Origin: a virus
IMG/VR virus record: IMGVR_UViG_3300036863_000049
Span: 4,640-68,639 of that record
Direction: 5' to 3' (one strand)
DNA: 64,000 nucleotides
In this document: positions 36,356-46,384 of the stretch, one piece after another
How positions within the stretch are numbered: the stretch's first letter is position 1
Layout: each line of letters begins with the position of its first letter
Position numbers and translations under genes: made by a program
Notes under the pieces: model-generated
The model's database searches: none
The model's input: the letters and a program-made list of their open reading frames with translations, nothing else
Told to the model about the DNA's origin: nothing

Positions 36356-36628
36356 TCATCGCGTCTCCACGAGGATGCGTGCCGTCTCATCCAGTTGCCG
36401 CCCGGTGCTGGTGGTGATTCGGTAGCGCACATCGTACCGGGTAGCCTCCGTGCCGCCGGTCAATCGCACGGTGGTCAGGCTGCCGCTGAAGACCGACGAA
36501 GAGACGGTGATACCCGTCGCCGTTGCCACAAAGGTGCTGATCGTCTCACCCGACGCCAGATTGTTTACCCAATCGAGCGTAAAATCATCGGTGTCGTCCG
36601 GGTCTTTTGCGTTGCTAAAGATGACCAT
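36356..36628 (-). CDS. Putative fibre adaptor protein
   Basis: KDPDDTDDFTLDW...GETIS...LTGGT...ITTSTGR. Confidence 0.6.
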   Translation of the reverse strand: MVIFSNAKDPDDTDDFTLDWVNNLASGETISTFVATATGITVSSSVFSGSLTTVRLTGGTEATRYDVRYRITTSTGRQLDETARILVETR

Positions 36629-37963
36629 CTATTCCTGCACCTCCTCTGCGCGATCTCTTTGGGCTAAGACAATCACGCGCAGTCTTGCCGGTAGCACCAC
36701 GGTGCGTAATCGCGTGACATCCGCGCTGCGCCCTCTTTCCTCGAGTACCGCCGATCGTACCCGCACCGCCAGCACGATCGTATTATCCGTGCTGTAGATG
36801 ATCGCCGAGCCTTCACCCACGGCCGGCCCGAGAATGAGCGCGAGCGATCCGGGTATCGGCGGCTGATTGACGACGACAGAGAGCGGCCGGATCGGGTCAG
36901 TCGGTGTTGCCGTCGTTCGCCCGATCCTCTGGGCTATCGCGCCCGGTATCGGGACTGGCGGCGTAACGACCCACGCGCCGCTGACGAGCCGATCGCCGTC
37001 GTGAACAATCCCGGTGATGAGCGCCCGCGCGCCTATCTGCGGCGGCTGACTGACAATGACTTGTGTCAGTGCCAGGCGATCGGGTTGAACGATCGCCGCG
37101 TCTCTCGGCGCGCACAGGCTGACGACGATGGCGCCCGGTATCGGGACTGGCGGCCCGCTCACCGCTGTCAGCGCCAGCCTGAGCAGCGGCGTCTCGGTAA
37201 TCCGCCCGGTTGGGAGCGTCAACGCCCCCGGCATCGGCGGCGAACTGACGATCAGTTGTGTAGGTGCTAACCTATCCGGCGGTGGTACACCCACATCGCG
37301 CGGTGCATACAGCGCCTCGACATTTGCCCCAGGAACCGGGACACCAACTCCGATAACGACTGCCGGGCGCGCAGGCCTACTTGTATCCTCGTCACGCGAT
37401 AGTCGGCTCGTGGATGTCGTATTCGGCTGCGCGAGCGTCGCGTCCGGCGCGTCCGTAATCAGGATCGGCGGGCGCAGCGGGTCGGTGTTTGGCAACCGCG
37501 CCGCGCTGGGCATCCATGCCTGTGCGCCCGGTATCGGCGGCTGGTTGACGACAAGTTGTGTAGGTGCAATCCGATCCGGCTGCGCAGCGACCTGCTCACG
37601 TACCGGATACGGCATCCACGTGGATGCGCCGGAAACAGGGACGGGCGGCACCTGGAGTTCTACTATCGGGCGCGCGGGCCACTGGACATCTTCCACCCGT
37701 TGCGGCCGTCCGACGAACAGAACATTGGCACCGGGAACGGGAACCGATCCTTGCTGATCTACCGCTGGACGCGCCGGCCACTGAATATCCTCAGGCGGTG
37801 CCGGGCGTCCAATGAACTCGGTATTTCCACCCAGCAGCAGCGCCGGCACGATCGCGCCAATGACGATCGTTTGCCGAAGTGCGTCGGCAGCCGGGGCAAC
37901 ACCGACATCAAGCGGCCCCGGTTGCCACGGCGATCGGATGCCGGCTTTACGCAAGAGGGGCAT
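36629..37963 (-). CDS. Pro-rich repeat protein, putative fibre scaffold/ruler
   Basis: About 11 P(V/I)PGA-type repeats at roughly 33-aa spacing. Confidence 0.6.
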   Translation of the reverse strand: MPLLRKAGIRSPWQPGPLDVGVAPAADALRQTIVIGAIVPALLLGGNTEFIGRPAPPEDIQWPARPAVDQQGSVPVPGANVLFVGRPQRVEDVQWPARPIVELQVPPVPVSGASTWMPYPVREQVAAQPDRIAPTQLVVNQPPIPGAQAWMPSAARLPNTDPLRPPILITDAPDATLAQPNTTSTSRLSRDEDTSRPARPAVVIGVGVPVPGANVEALYAPRDVGVPPPDRLAPTQLIVSSPPMPGALTLPTGRITETPLLRLALTAVSGPPVPIPGAIVVSLCAPRDAAIVQPDRLALTQVIVSQPPQIGARALITGIVHDGDRLVSGAWVVTPPVPIPGAIAQRIGRTTATPTDPIRPLSVVVNQPPIPGSLALILGPAVGEGSAIIYSTDNTIVLAVRVRSAVLEERGRSADVTRLRTVVLPARLRVIVLAQRDRAEEVQE

Positions 37964-37977
37964 ACAAACTCTCTAGG

Positions 37978-38430
37978 TCATTCCTCGAAATCGATCTTCG
38001 CCCTCACGTTGACGTTGGCCGGCGCGTTACAATCGAGTGCGACGCGGCCACCGCCAACGATGATCTTCTCTTGCCCAAAGGCGTAGGTGAGATCAAGCCC
38101 CATCTGCGGGTGAATAAGCCACTGGTCAAGTAAGGTCGTCTTGGTCGGCTCGGCGCTCGCGTTCTCACCCGCCGTGGTCTGAATCGTCTCTGTGTCGCTC
38201 GACACGATCTTGTTCAGCGTGAGCGCGGTGTTGGTGCCGGCGGTGGTGGCGATGATGAGGCGACACACCACCGGAACAGCGGTCGTGCTCGCACCATCGA
38301 AGAACAGTCCGACGCGCTGGATCTTGATGCGCTGGTTGGCGGCACAGTTGATCTGGATAACCGTCTTGACCGCCGCGCCAACCAGCGCGACGGCGGCGCT
38401 GTTCTCTGCGGTGACTCGAAGTCCTGCCAT
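37978..38430 (-). CDS. Putative fibre subunit
   Basis: Beta-rich; distant paralogue of 41083-41526 (both end F/WEE). Confidence 0.55.
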   Translation of the reverse strand: MAGLRVTAENSAAVALVGAAVKTVIQINCAANQRIKIQRVGLFFDGASTTAVPVVCRLIIATTAGTNTALTLNKIVSSDTETIQTTAGENASAEPTKTTLLDQWLIHPQMGLDLTYAFGQEKIIVGGGRVALDCNAPANVNVRAKIDFEE

Positions 38431-38433
38431 GAT

Positions 38434-39231
38434 CTATACCTCCATTGCGTAGTGAATACTCGGCACAATGACAACAAGCGTGTGCCATGCGCTGTCCGAT
38501 GATGCGATGCTCGGCCCCGGCATCGCCGCGGTATCAATGCGGATGTCGTCAAAGAAGACATCGCAGACCGTCCCACTGGCATTCTGGCCCAGGTCGATCC
38601 GGTTGGCCGGCGTGGTGCTGGCATCGACCGACGTGCTGGCGAATGCGGCGCCAAAGTTGTTATCCCCCGTCGCCGAGAACGCCTCAATAATGCCGTTCGC
38701 GCCGGTGCCTGCGGTATACCTGAGACCGAGCCGGTAAATACTCCCCGCCGTCATCACCAGCGTATCATCGCTGCCGATCTGCACGTTTGCTGCGTCAACC
38801 AGGCGCGCCTTGCCGGTACTGACGACACGGAGGCCGCAGAGCTGCGTGGTTGACCCCTGAAACAGGCGCAGCGTGCGTGTCTGTGTGCTGGCCGGTAACG
38901 TCGTAAACTTGAGACAGAACGACACATAGAGCGTGTTACTGGCGGTGAAGTCCTCGCGCCCGAAGTCACCGACCGCCGTACACCGCATGCAGTTGACGCC
39001 TTTGATCTGGCTACTCGTGTCCAGCGTCGGCGTGCCGAGCGTGGAATCCCATCCATCCGTCGCGTCTGTTAAAGAACCATTCTCAAAGATAATATCTTTG
39101 AGACGAGAAGGCCCGGGGGCAACAACCCCGTCCCCCCAGATCATGCGGCTGGTGGCGTGCGACGGACGCGCCGTCTGCGTGACCCCGATCTGCCGATCGG
39201 TCGCGTTTCTACGCCACAGGCTGCGCGTCAC
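38434..39231 (-). CDS. Lectin-like beta-sandwich virion protein
   Basis: IIFENGS...VFFDDIRID, ConA/LamG-like pattern. Confidence 0.5.
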   Translation of the reverse strand: MTRSLWRRNATDRQIGVTQTARPSHATSRMIWGDGVVAPGPSRLKDIIFENGSLTDATDGWDSTLGTPTLDTSSQIKGVNCMRCTAVGDFGREDFTASNTLYVSFCLKFTTLPASTQTRTLRLFQGSTTQLCGLRVVSTGKARLVDAANVQIGSDDTLVMTAGSIYRLGLRYTAGTGANGIIEAFSATGDNNFGAAFASTSVDASTTPANRIDLGQNASGTVCDVFFDDIRIDTAAMPGPSIASSDSAWHTLVVIVPSIHYAMEV

Positions 39232-39249
39232 GCCGCGACTCCTTCCCGC

Positions 39250-41076
39250 TCACCTGCGGTACAATGTCGTCAGCACATGCGCGGTCAGCACGATCGATCC
39301 GCTCCCCGGCAGCGCCGCATACAACAGCGCCGCGAGCCGATCGTGCCCGGCCTGATTCGGGTGAATACCGTCCAGGCTATACGTCGCGAAGACGCCATCG
39401 CCGTCCAGCGCCTCGAACAGCGTCGGATCGCCCGCAGCCAGGTTCAGGTCGATCAGCCGGACCGTCGTGTTGCTCGGATTCGCGGCCTTGAATGCGGTAT
39501 ACGCCGCCGTTATCGGCGTGGCCTTGAAGCCGCCGAACGGCAGCACGAGATACACGGCGATCGCGGGATTGGCCGTCGTAAACACGGTCAGAAAGTCTTG
39601 CGTGCGCGTCTGCACGTCACTGTCCGACGAGGGCACGCCACCGAGCGTGTCATTCGCGCCGACGTTGACGACGATCGTATCGATACCGGTGAACGAGCGC
39701 GCCTGCCCGGCCCAGTGCTTATCCCATGTTTGGTTCCCCGCCGCGTCGTGGAATACCGGGATATTGCCGTCGCCAAGCTGCGCCCATCCCTGACTCACGA
39801 ACCCGATTATCCCAACTTCCGCAATCTCGGACGCCGCCAGTTGCACCCCCCATGCGCGCGTCGCGTTCTGCACGGAAGCGGCGTAGCTTGTGCCGGTGAC
39901 GTTGATCCCCTCGGTGATACTGTCACCGAAAAAGAGCCAACGGCTACTTGCAAGCGTGGGAGAGGCCAGCACCCCGAACGTTGCAGATAGGCTCGTGACC
40001 CGCAACACCGCTGACGGCGTGTTCCAGCGGTCGGTCGTGCTGCCGGTGCCCTTGAAGGCGATACAAGCGGTATGCCCGCCGTCAGGGAGCCCGCTTACCA
40101 TACTGAGCGATGTCTGCCCGTTGGTCAGTTGCGCAGACGCCCACGCACCGCCGTCGATCTGCCAGCCGACGATCGGGTATTGCGCCGCGGCTGCGCCGAT
40201 GCTTGAGAGCGGTGTCACATCGACGCCGAGCGACAGGCCCGTGCCGGTGAAGTTGGCCCGCATGTACGCGCCGGGCGTGTTCGTTTGGGCGTAGGTCGTG
40301 CCGTTCTTGATCCAGTTGCCGGGACTGAAGAACCAATTCGCCGCTGTGACATCGTAGGGGAGCGCGTTCGCCGCGCCCGTGAGATTGTCGAATATCGCGG
40401 TGCCGGGGGTCGCAACGCTCTGGTATGTGCCGCTATCCAGCACAACGCGCGTGTTCGTGATGAGCCAGGGCCGCGGGGTGCTGGCACGCTGCGTCCAGAC
40501 CACGTTATCGGGCGAGGTGTCGAGGCGGATCGTATCGTCCGACGTCTCGTGCCGGAAGCGCCACCAGCGATGCGCCACGCTGTCGTAGGTGATCGCCGAG
40601 ACAATGTTGGTGTACGCGCCGCCGGCGATCTTCTTCTGGAACAAGAGAGACGTGCTCTCTTTGACGATGACGATGTTGTTATTTGCGTCAACGCCGATGA
40701 ACGCCTCCGTATCTGCCGTGTTATTCCCGGTTGTCTGTACGGCCTCAACGACGACGTTACCGTTCGTGAAATCGTAGGTGAGCAGGCTGGTGTAGCCGCT
40801 GTAATTCACGCCGCCGGTCGAGGATGGCGGCGTGATCTGAAGTTGAGCGCTGGTCTCGGCGACGGTAACGAGGCCGCTTGCACCGGAGAAACTGCCGATC
40901 GTCCAGAGCGCCACGTCACGGACGTTATCGTTGAAGTTATCCGCGAGCGTGCTGATCGGCGGGCCAGCCTGCACATTGGACGGCAGCAGAAAGCGGCTGA
41001 CGAACTGGCGCGCGGGCGGCGCGCGCAGCACGGCCCGTTGTACCCCAAGCGCATTTTGTCGTATGCTACTGCCCAA
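39250..41076 (-). CDS. SGNH/GDSL esterase with N-terminal lectin-like domain
   Basis: FFGDSITEG, NVGAND, DGIHPN blocks. Confidence 0.85.
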   Translation of the reverse strand: MGSSIRQNALGVQRAVLRAPPARQFVSRFLLPSNVQAGPPISTLADNFNDNVRDVALWTIGSFSGASGLVTVAETSAQLQITPPSSTGGVNYSGYTSLLTYDFTNGNVVVEAVQTTGNNTADTEAFIGVDANNNIVIVKESTSLLFQKKIAGGAYTNIVSAITYDSVAHRWWRFRHETSDDTIRLDTSPDNVVWTQRASTPRPWLITNTRVVLDSGTYQSVATPGTAIFDNLTGAANALPYDVTAANWFFSPGNWIKNGTTYAQTNTPGAYMRANFTGTGLSLGVDVTPLSSIGAAAAQYPIVGWQIDGGAWASAQLTNGQTSLSMVSGLPDGGHTACIAFKGTGSTTDRWNTPSAVLRVTSLSATFGVLASPTLASSRWLFFGDSITEGINVTGTSYAASVQNATRAWGVQLAASEIAEVGIIGFVSQGWAQLGDGNIPVFHDAAGNQTWDKHWAGQARSFTGIDTIVVNVGANDTLGGVPSSDSDVQTRTQDFLTVFTTANPAIAVYLVLPFGGFKATPITAAYTAFKAANPSNTTVRLIDLNLAAGDPTLFEALDGDGVFATYSLDGIHPNQAGHDRLAALLYAALPGSGSIVLTAHVLTTLYRR

Positions 41077-41082
41077 AGCGTG

Positions 41083-41526
41083 CTACTCTTCCCAGCTCAC
41101 GTAGATGTCGAATGTTGCGCAGACGCCCGCGCCGCGATTGACAAACATGACCTCGCCCGTCGCGGCGGGGGATGGCACCACCAGCGGGTCGGCATCGCCC
41201 CAGGTCCAGATAATCCCCGATCCCACCGTCGCCGGAAGTTGCACGCGCCGAATGCTGATCGCGTTCGCCGTGCCGATCGTCGCCCAGGCGACGGCCATAC
41301 CGCCGATCGCCGCGATGTCGGCGGGGTTCAGCGCCTGACCGAGCACGATCGTCGGCGTCGTCGTCGCGGTTGCGGAACGCGCGATGGCGATGTCCGAGGC
41401 CACCGCAGTGACCATGAAGATACCGATCTCGCGGATCTTCATGCGGGCACTCGCACCAGCCTTGAGCGTCGCAAAGGGCACGGATGCGGCGGTAAGGGTC
41501 GTCAGGCTCGCAACCTCATACTGCAT
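41083..41526 (-). CDS. Putative fibre subunit
   Basis: MKIREIGIF parallels IKIQRVGLF of 37978-38430. Confidence 0.55.
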   Translation of the reverse strand: MQYEVASLTTLTAASVPFATLKAGASARMKIREIGIFMVTAVASDIAIARSATATTTPTIVLGQALNPADIAAIGGMAVAWATIGTANAISIRRVQLPATVGSGIIWTWGDADPLVVPSPAATGEVMFVNRGAGVCATFDIYVSWEE

Positions 41527-41541
41527 AGGGGAAACTCCTTA

Positions 41542-42144
41542 TCATCGGTGGAGGGCGCGAATGATTCCCATACTGTCACTAGGAATCGTGCCGCCTCCGA
41601 AATTGTCAACGACCGCGCTCGTGTTCTCAACGAAGAGATTGGTGTAGCCCGCCGCCGTATAGGTAGCGTCAATGACCAGCTTGAATAATTCCCAATCCGC
41701 GAGTGCGGGCTTGCGGTACACCGTGATCGTCGCGCCAATCATTGAGACCCCCAGGCTGTCACCGTCGGCCCACTCCTGGCTTGTGTCCGTAAACTGGATC
41801 TGTGTCAGTACGCCCGCGTCTTGCCGGTACACGTTGATCGTATTCGGCGCCGCGAATACCACCTGATAGCCACTCGGCGAGCCAGCCCCATCATCGCGAA
41901 AATGCAGCTCGATCTGGTCACCGGCTGCCGGGAGCGTGACGAGCGTGACATACGCTTCCATGTCCGGCCCGAACATCTCGACGTTCCACCGGCTGCCCTG
42001 ACGCCCCGCAGCCGCCGCAACACACGCATTCGAGACGACTTTTAGTCCCGTCGTGCCGTTGGCAGCGCTCCAGCTCGCCGAGGGCTGCGGGCCGACATCG
42101 GCGCGGTTGAAGTCGTCAAGGATAGGTGTCACCGGAAATGGCAT
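41542..42144 (-). CDS. Lectin-like beta-sandwich protein
   Basis: LDDFNRAD...DATYTAAGY...VDNFGGG. Confidence 0.55.
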   Translation of the reverse strand: MPFPVTPILDDFNRADVGPQPSASWSAANGTTGLKVVSNACVAAAAGRQGSRWNVEMFGPDMEAYVTLVTLPAAGDQIELHFRDDGAGSPSGYQVVFAAPNTINVYRQDAGVLTQIQFTDTSQEWADGDSLGVSMIGATITVYRKPALADWELFKLVIDATYTAAGYTNLFVENTSAVVDNFGGGTIPSDSMGIIRALHR

Positions 42145-42487
42145 CAAAGTACCTTGAAAAGAAAGAGCAGCCCAACGACGATCAGCACGACAACAACCGC
42201 GCCGATGATGAGCATCAGCCCACAGCCGCCCGCCGGGTCGTTTCTCCAGCGCTCGCTCATCTACGGCTTCCCTCGCATCGCCTGCTGCCACATCTGGAAT
42301 ACGGGCAATGCTACCGGCCGGCACTCGCTCTGCGCCTGTGTCTCAGCCTTAGCCCGCTCGCGATCGGTGAAGTGCGCGCACGACTGCCACGCCTCGGGCT
42401 TGGCGATGATGCCCAGGTCGCACGGCGCGGCCCAGGTTGTCTCCGGCGTCGGCGTTGCCCAGTAGAGGCAGTCGGCGCAGCTAGGCA

Positions 42488-42661
42488 TTACCCAACCTTA
42501 ATCAAGCCGCCGGTCAGCAGCACGAAGATAACGACGGTGCCAGCGAGCGCAATCGCAAAGAACTGGCGCCAGTTCCACCCGGCGTTGATGATGAACGTGT
42601 ACAGAGCGCTCGCGCACGCAGCAGCGATCAGCGCGATAAGGATTTGCGATCCAAAGGTCAT
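42488..42661 (-). CDS. 57-aa two-TM protein (holin-like)
   Basis: RBS GAGGAG; MTFGSQILIALIAAACASALYTFIINAGWNWRQFFAIALAGTVVIFVLLTGGLIKVG. Confidence 0.5.
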   Translation of the reverse strand: MTFGSQILIALIAAACASALYTFIINAGWNWRQFFAIALAGTVVIFVLLTGGLIKVG

Positions 42662-42792
42662 GATTGTTCTCCTCTAAAACCACCGCCTGATCCGCCGTAC
42701 TTCATCCCTGTCCAGTTGCGGATCGCGACGGTGTTTCGCGTACGCATACAGCCACTCGGCGAAGTCCATCACGCTATTCCAAGCGCGCAGCC

Positions 42793-43146
42793 TTAGCGAG
42801 ACACGAGAATCCGGCACATTCGGTTTGGTAAATCGGTTCGGCCACATAGCTTTTTTGCGCTCATGAAGTCTACTTCGTAGAGTCCTTGTCGCATGTGTCG
42901 CCTTCGATCGACGGGCTGGCTAACGTCGGCAACAAGGCAGGTGAGCGATCGGCGGGTATTGACACCGTAAATGAGTACATAATCCCCGATGGCGTGCCAG
43001 TCCGAACTAACGTAACAGGTAGCCGGCGGTAGCCCCCTTCGGGCAGCGACACGTTCAAAAAGATTTGGGCTATAGTGCGCTGCGATCCCCTCATAACTCC
43101 CCACTCCCGTACTCAACACGAGCGCGGCTTGTGCAATCAGTCCCAT
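42793..43146 (-). CDS. RlpA/double-psi beta-barrel-like protein
   Basis: GIAAHYS...CLVADVS...EVDFMSAKKL; lies in the lysis region. Confidence 0.5.
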   Translation of the reverse strand: MGLIAQAALVLSTGVGSYEGIAAHYSPNLFERVAARRGLPPATCYVSSDWHAIGDYVLIYGVNTRRSLTCLVADVSQPVDRRRHMRQGLYEVDFMSAKKLCGRTDLPNRMCRILVSR

Positions 43147-43483
43147 CAGCGGCGCAAGTCGAGCGCCGGGCTACCTCTTAGCCCCAGCCGTGTTATCGTC
43201 CCACGTCCAAGTTATCCCACCCGACGCCGCACTTGTGGTCTCGCGAAACCGAAAGGGATCTAATCGTAGCGCATTACCACCCGCTGCGTCCTGAAGACGA
43301 CAGCTACAGCCATACGACGGCGGCGGCGGCGTAATGCTAAACCAAGCCGCCGGATACCAGATAGCGGCCCCGCAATGCGGGCACGTGCCCCCCTGAATGT
43401 AACTCATCACCAATACTCCCACACGAGCCAGATCGCCAGCATCGCGCAGATGAAGACGATCGCGGCAGCGCCAATCCAGTACA

Positions 43484-43900
43484 TCACGGCTTCGCCTCGT
43501 CAGGATGCGCGCCCATCTGCTCACGTCCCACGGCGATGCCCTCTTTCAGCGCAAGCGCCGCCTTCAGTTCGCCTTGCACGCGGCCTTGCTCCTCCACGCG
43601 CGCGATCAGTTCGTCCATCCGGCTGTTCACAGCGAGATGCGTTTCGTGTGCAACCTGTTCGACGTTCTGGGTAATCGCGGTGTTGGTGTCGATCTTCTGA
43701 CCGACCGACTCCAGTTTGGCCGCGTTCTCGGTAGACGCCTTGAGGCTCAGCAGTTGTGGGATGATCAGCCCGGCGACGGTGACGAGACCGGCGATGGCGA
43801 TGCCCTTGTCGCCCGTGTAGAGCACGATGATGGCGACGAACGCGGCGATCAGGGACAGGCCCAGGATCGAGAGTGCGATGATGAGTGAATCGTTGTTCAT
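43484..43900 (-). CDS. Holin-like two-TM protein
   Basis: Two N-terminal TMs plus a coiled coil ending VNSRMDEL. Confidence 0.55.
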   Translation of the reverse strand: MNNDSLIIALSILGLSLIAAFVAIIVLYTGDKGIAIAGLVTVAGLIIPQLLSLKASTENAAKLESVGQKIDTNTAITQNVEQVAHETHLAVNSRMDELIARVEEQGRVQGELKAALALKEGIAVGREQMGAHPDEAKP

Positions 43901-44009
43901 TCGGCTTCCTGTTGCGGTAAATCACTACTTGTGATATAATTCAAGCATACAAAAAGCCACGCGCTGCTATCAACAGCCGTGGCGCGGCCAAGCGCATAAG
44001 GAGCTTGAC

Positions 44010-44633
44010 ATGGATGATTTTACCACGAAACCGTGTTCCCTCTGCCACGAAACCAAACCACTTACCGACTTTAACCGAGACGCGGGATGCAAAGATGGGC
44101 TGCGCCGTCGGTGTCGATATTGCGAAGAGCAAGAGCGGCAACGACGCAAGCGGGTGCGAGAACAGACACGAACCGATATTCCACCGGGCCAGACGAAACG
44201 GTGTAGCATCTGCCACGAAGAGAAGCCCCTTAGCGAGTTCTACACGCAACGTGACTGCCTTTACGGTGTCAAGGGCCAGTGTAAGACATGCTACGTAGCA
44301 AAGAACAATAAGCAGCGCGAGCGCCCTGGCTACACCCATTACACCTACCCTGGATACCTTCATGCCTGGATTATCAAAAGAAAATACGGGATGACCGTTG
44401 CTGAGTACGATGCAATGTACGCGGCTCAGAACGGCGTCTGTGCTATTTGCGGGCAACCGGAGATAGGCCTGGGGCGCGGCGGCAAGGTTCGCCGGATGTC
44501 CACCGACCATGACCATACCACGGGTGCCATTCGCGGGTTGCTTTGCCATAACTGTAACTTTATCCTCGGTAGCGCTCATGACGATCCTGATGTGCTGCGC
44601 AAGGCGGCTGACTATCTCGAAAAGCACAAGTAG
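44010..44633 (+). CDS. Endonuclease VII-type HNH endonuclease
   Basis: Two CxxC zinc repeats; CAICG, DHDHTTGAIRGLLCHNCN. Confidence 0.88.
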   Translation: MDDFTTKPCSLCHETKPLTDFNRDAGCKDGLRRRCRYCEEQERQRRKRVREQTRTDIPPGQTKRCSICHEEKPLSEFYTQRDCLYGVKGQCKTCYVAKNNKQRERPGYTHYTYPGYLHAWIIKRKYGMTVAEYDAMYAAQNGVCAICGQPEIGLGRGGKVRRMSTDHDHTTGAIRGLLCHNCNFILGSAHDDPDVLRKAADYLEKHK

Positions 44634-44635
44634 CC

Positions 44636-44932
44636 CTATTTGCCCGCCTCTCGCGCCAGTCGCAGCGCCTCTATCTCTTGCCGGAGTTCGCCCATCTGAA
44701 CCGTGAGCCTGCCCATTTGCGCCTTCATGCTTTCGAGCTGGCCAGCCATCCGCAGTTGCTCCTCGGTCAAATGGTTCAGCGCGACGGTGAAGGCCGCCTG
44801 GTCATCGCGCACATGCAATTCGTGATCGCCGACGATGGCGACGACCCGATCCACGATCGCTTCAGCCACGGCTTGCGCGATCGGGTCTTTGAGCACGTCG
44901 ATCGCCCGCGAGATCAGCATATCGTCGGACAT
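44636..44932 (-). CDS. Coiled-coil hypothetical protein
   Basis: Lysis-region ORF. Confidence 0.5.
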   Translation of the reverse strand: MSDDMLISRAIDVLKDPIAQAVAEAIVDRVVAIVGDHELHVRDDQAAFTVALNHLTEEQLRMAGQLESMKAQMGRLTVQMGELRQEIEALRLAREAGK

Positions 44933-44937
44933 GGCTG

Positions 44938-45348
44938 CTACCCCGAATGGTCCTTTGCGATATGCGCGGTCACCATGTTGCGCGCGGTCTGGTCAACCGT
45001 GCCGGACGGCATGACGAACGGCGCGAACACGTTCGGGATGCGGTACACCTCCGGCTCGGCCGTCGAGCCGCTACCGCCCGGCGTCGCCTCACTGATAGTG
45101 ACGAGCAGTTCGCCAGTCGCCAGAATTTCAACTTCTACGCTGTCATCCTTGCCAGCGTCGTTGGCGAACACGATCTCGCCCGCGTTGCTTAAGTCGCTGA
45201 GGTTGACCTTCCAGAGCCTGACAACGCCGTTGGTCGAGCCGGGCGCAAACCAGACCCCGCCGATAATGTACTGCGGGAGGTCGAGGCGATAGGCCGTCGC
45301 GACCCTGACGAATTGCGCGGGTATCCAGGTGAGACGAGTGCCGCTCAT
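44938..45348 (-). CDS. Hypothetical protein
   Basis: ATGA overlap with the endolysin stop. Confidence 0.55.
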   Translation of the reverse strand: MSGTRLTWIPAQFVRVATAYRLDLPQYIIGGVWFAPGSTNGVVRLWKVNLSDLSNAGEIVFANDAGKDDSVEVEILATGELLVTISEATPGGSGSTAEPEVYRIPNVFAPFVMPSGTVDQTARNMVTAHIAKDHSG

Positions 45349-45866
45349 TGGCGTGCGATGCTCCTCAACTTTGCCCACAGGCGCACATAAAAATCCGGCC
45401 AGTCGAAGCCGGCCGGGTCGGTCTTGTTCGCTTGTATCCAGGCGTGGGCCGCGATCGGGATGAAGCCATAGGCGCCGATCCATTCCGCTACCTGGTTCAC
45501 GCAGGCCGTGATCTGGGCAGGTGGGTAGGGGTCGGTGCCATTGTTGAGGTTTTCGAGTTCAATTGAGAGCGACCAATTATTCGCGTTCTGCATCTGTGAG
45601 GGCAACGGGCCGATCTCGGCTGGGCCTTGCGTGTACGCGGTCTTCTCGTCACTTACAATTTTGTAGATCTTGCCGGTCTTGGAAATGAGCCGGTGACAGG
45701 ATACGGGGTTATTGTCTGGAGAGGTTGTTGAGAGCCAGTTGAGAGAATCCACACCGCCCGTTGCGTGTAAAACTATCCACCGGTAGCCCAGCCGCGTCTG
45801 CCCGCAACAATGCACGCTGTCTGCGGGATGGTCGGTAATAACCAAAGGCGCCGTCGTAAAGAGCAT
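45345..45866 (-). CDS. Endolysin, N-acetylmuramoyl-L-alanine amidase
   Basis: IVLHAT, SCH, SIELEN, H...KTDP Amidase_2 motifs. Confidence 0.9.
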   Translation of the reverse strand: MLFTTAPLVITDHPADSVHCCGQTRLGYRWIVLHATGGVDSLNWLSTTSPDNNPVSCHRLISKTGKIYKIVSDEKTAYTQGPAEIGPLPSQMQNANNWSLSIELENLNNGTDPYPPAQITACVNQVAEWIGAYGFIPIAAHAWIQANKTDPAGFDWPDFYVRLWAKLRSIARQ

Positions 45867-45992
45867 GGCCGTCTCGATTGTGCTGCCGAGCGCCGTCCCA
45901 GTTGCAAGGTGCGGCGCCCGGCCCAGCGAAGAAAGGAGGTTGCCTCGCCCCAGCGCCGACGGAGCACGGCGCAGGACGCGGGTGTGGACATA

Positions 45993-46021
45993 ATCATAGC
46001 CGATCGGGGGAAGGATGTCAA
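45993..46021 (-). promoter_or_regulatory. Promoter of the lysis/morphogenesis operon
   Basis: TTGACA-17-TATGAT. Confidence 0.65.
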
Positions 46022-46384
46022 CTAAGGGACATTTATGTCAGGTCAAAAGAGGTACTTACGCCGCATAACAGTAGATTACAACTTACTAATGATCTGAGGG
46101 GTATCCAAGAGGAGGGAAGATGTATTATACTTACATTACCCGTGCCGCAGAGTCTTATAGGGAGGAGTGTATGTTGTTACTTCGTCTGTACATCTTAGCC
46201 GGGGGGCTAGCGATCGCCGGGGGGAACCTTGCGGTAACGACGATCGAAAACGAAACCGCGCGTATGGCGGCGCGCGGTGCCTTCGAGGTTGTGCTGATCG
46301 TCGCCGCAGTGACGATCGGTGCGAACGCAATCTACCATTTGGTAGAACGGTGCGTTATCGCCAACCTACGTGAGACGTGGCACG

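Noticed and set aside
40285-41688. 467-aa plus-strand ORF
   Set aside because: Antisense shadow of the SGNH and fibre genes; Arg-rich composition typical of non-coding frames.
43941-44627. 228-aa minus-strand ORF
   Set aside because: Antisense to the clear EndoVII nuclease gene.
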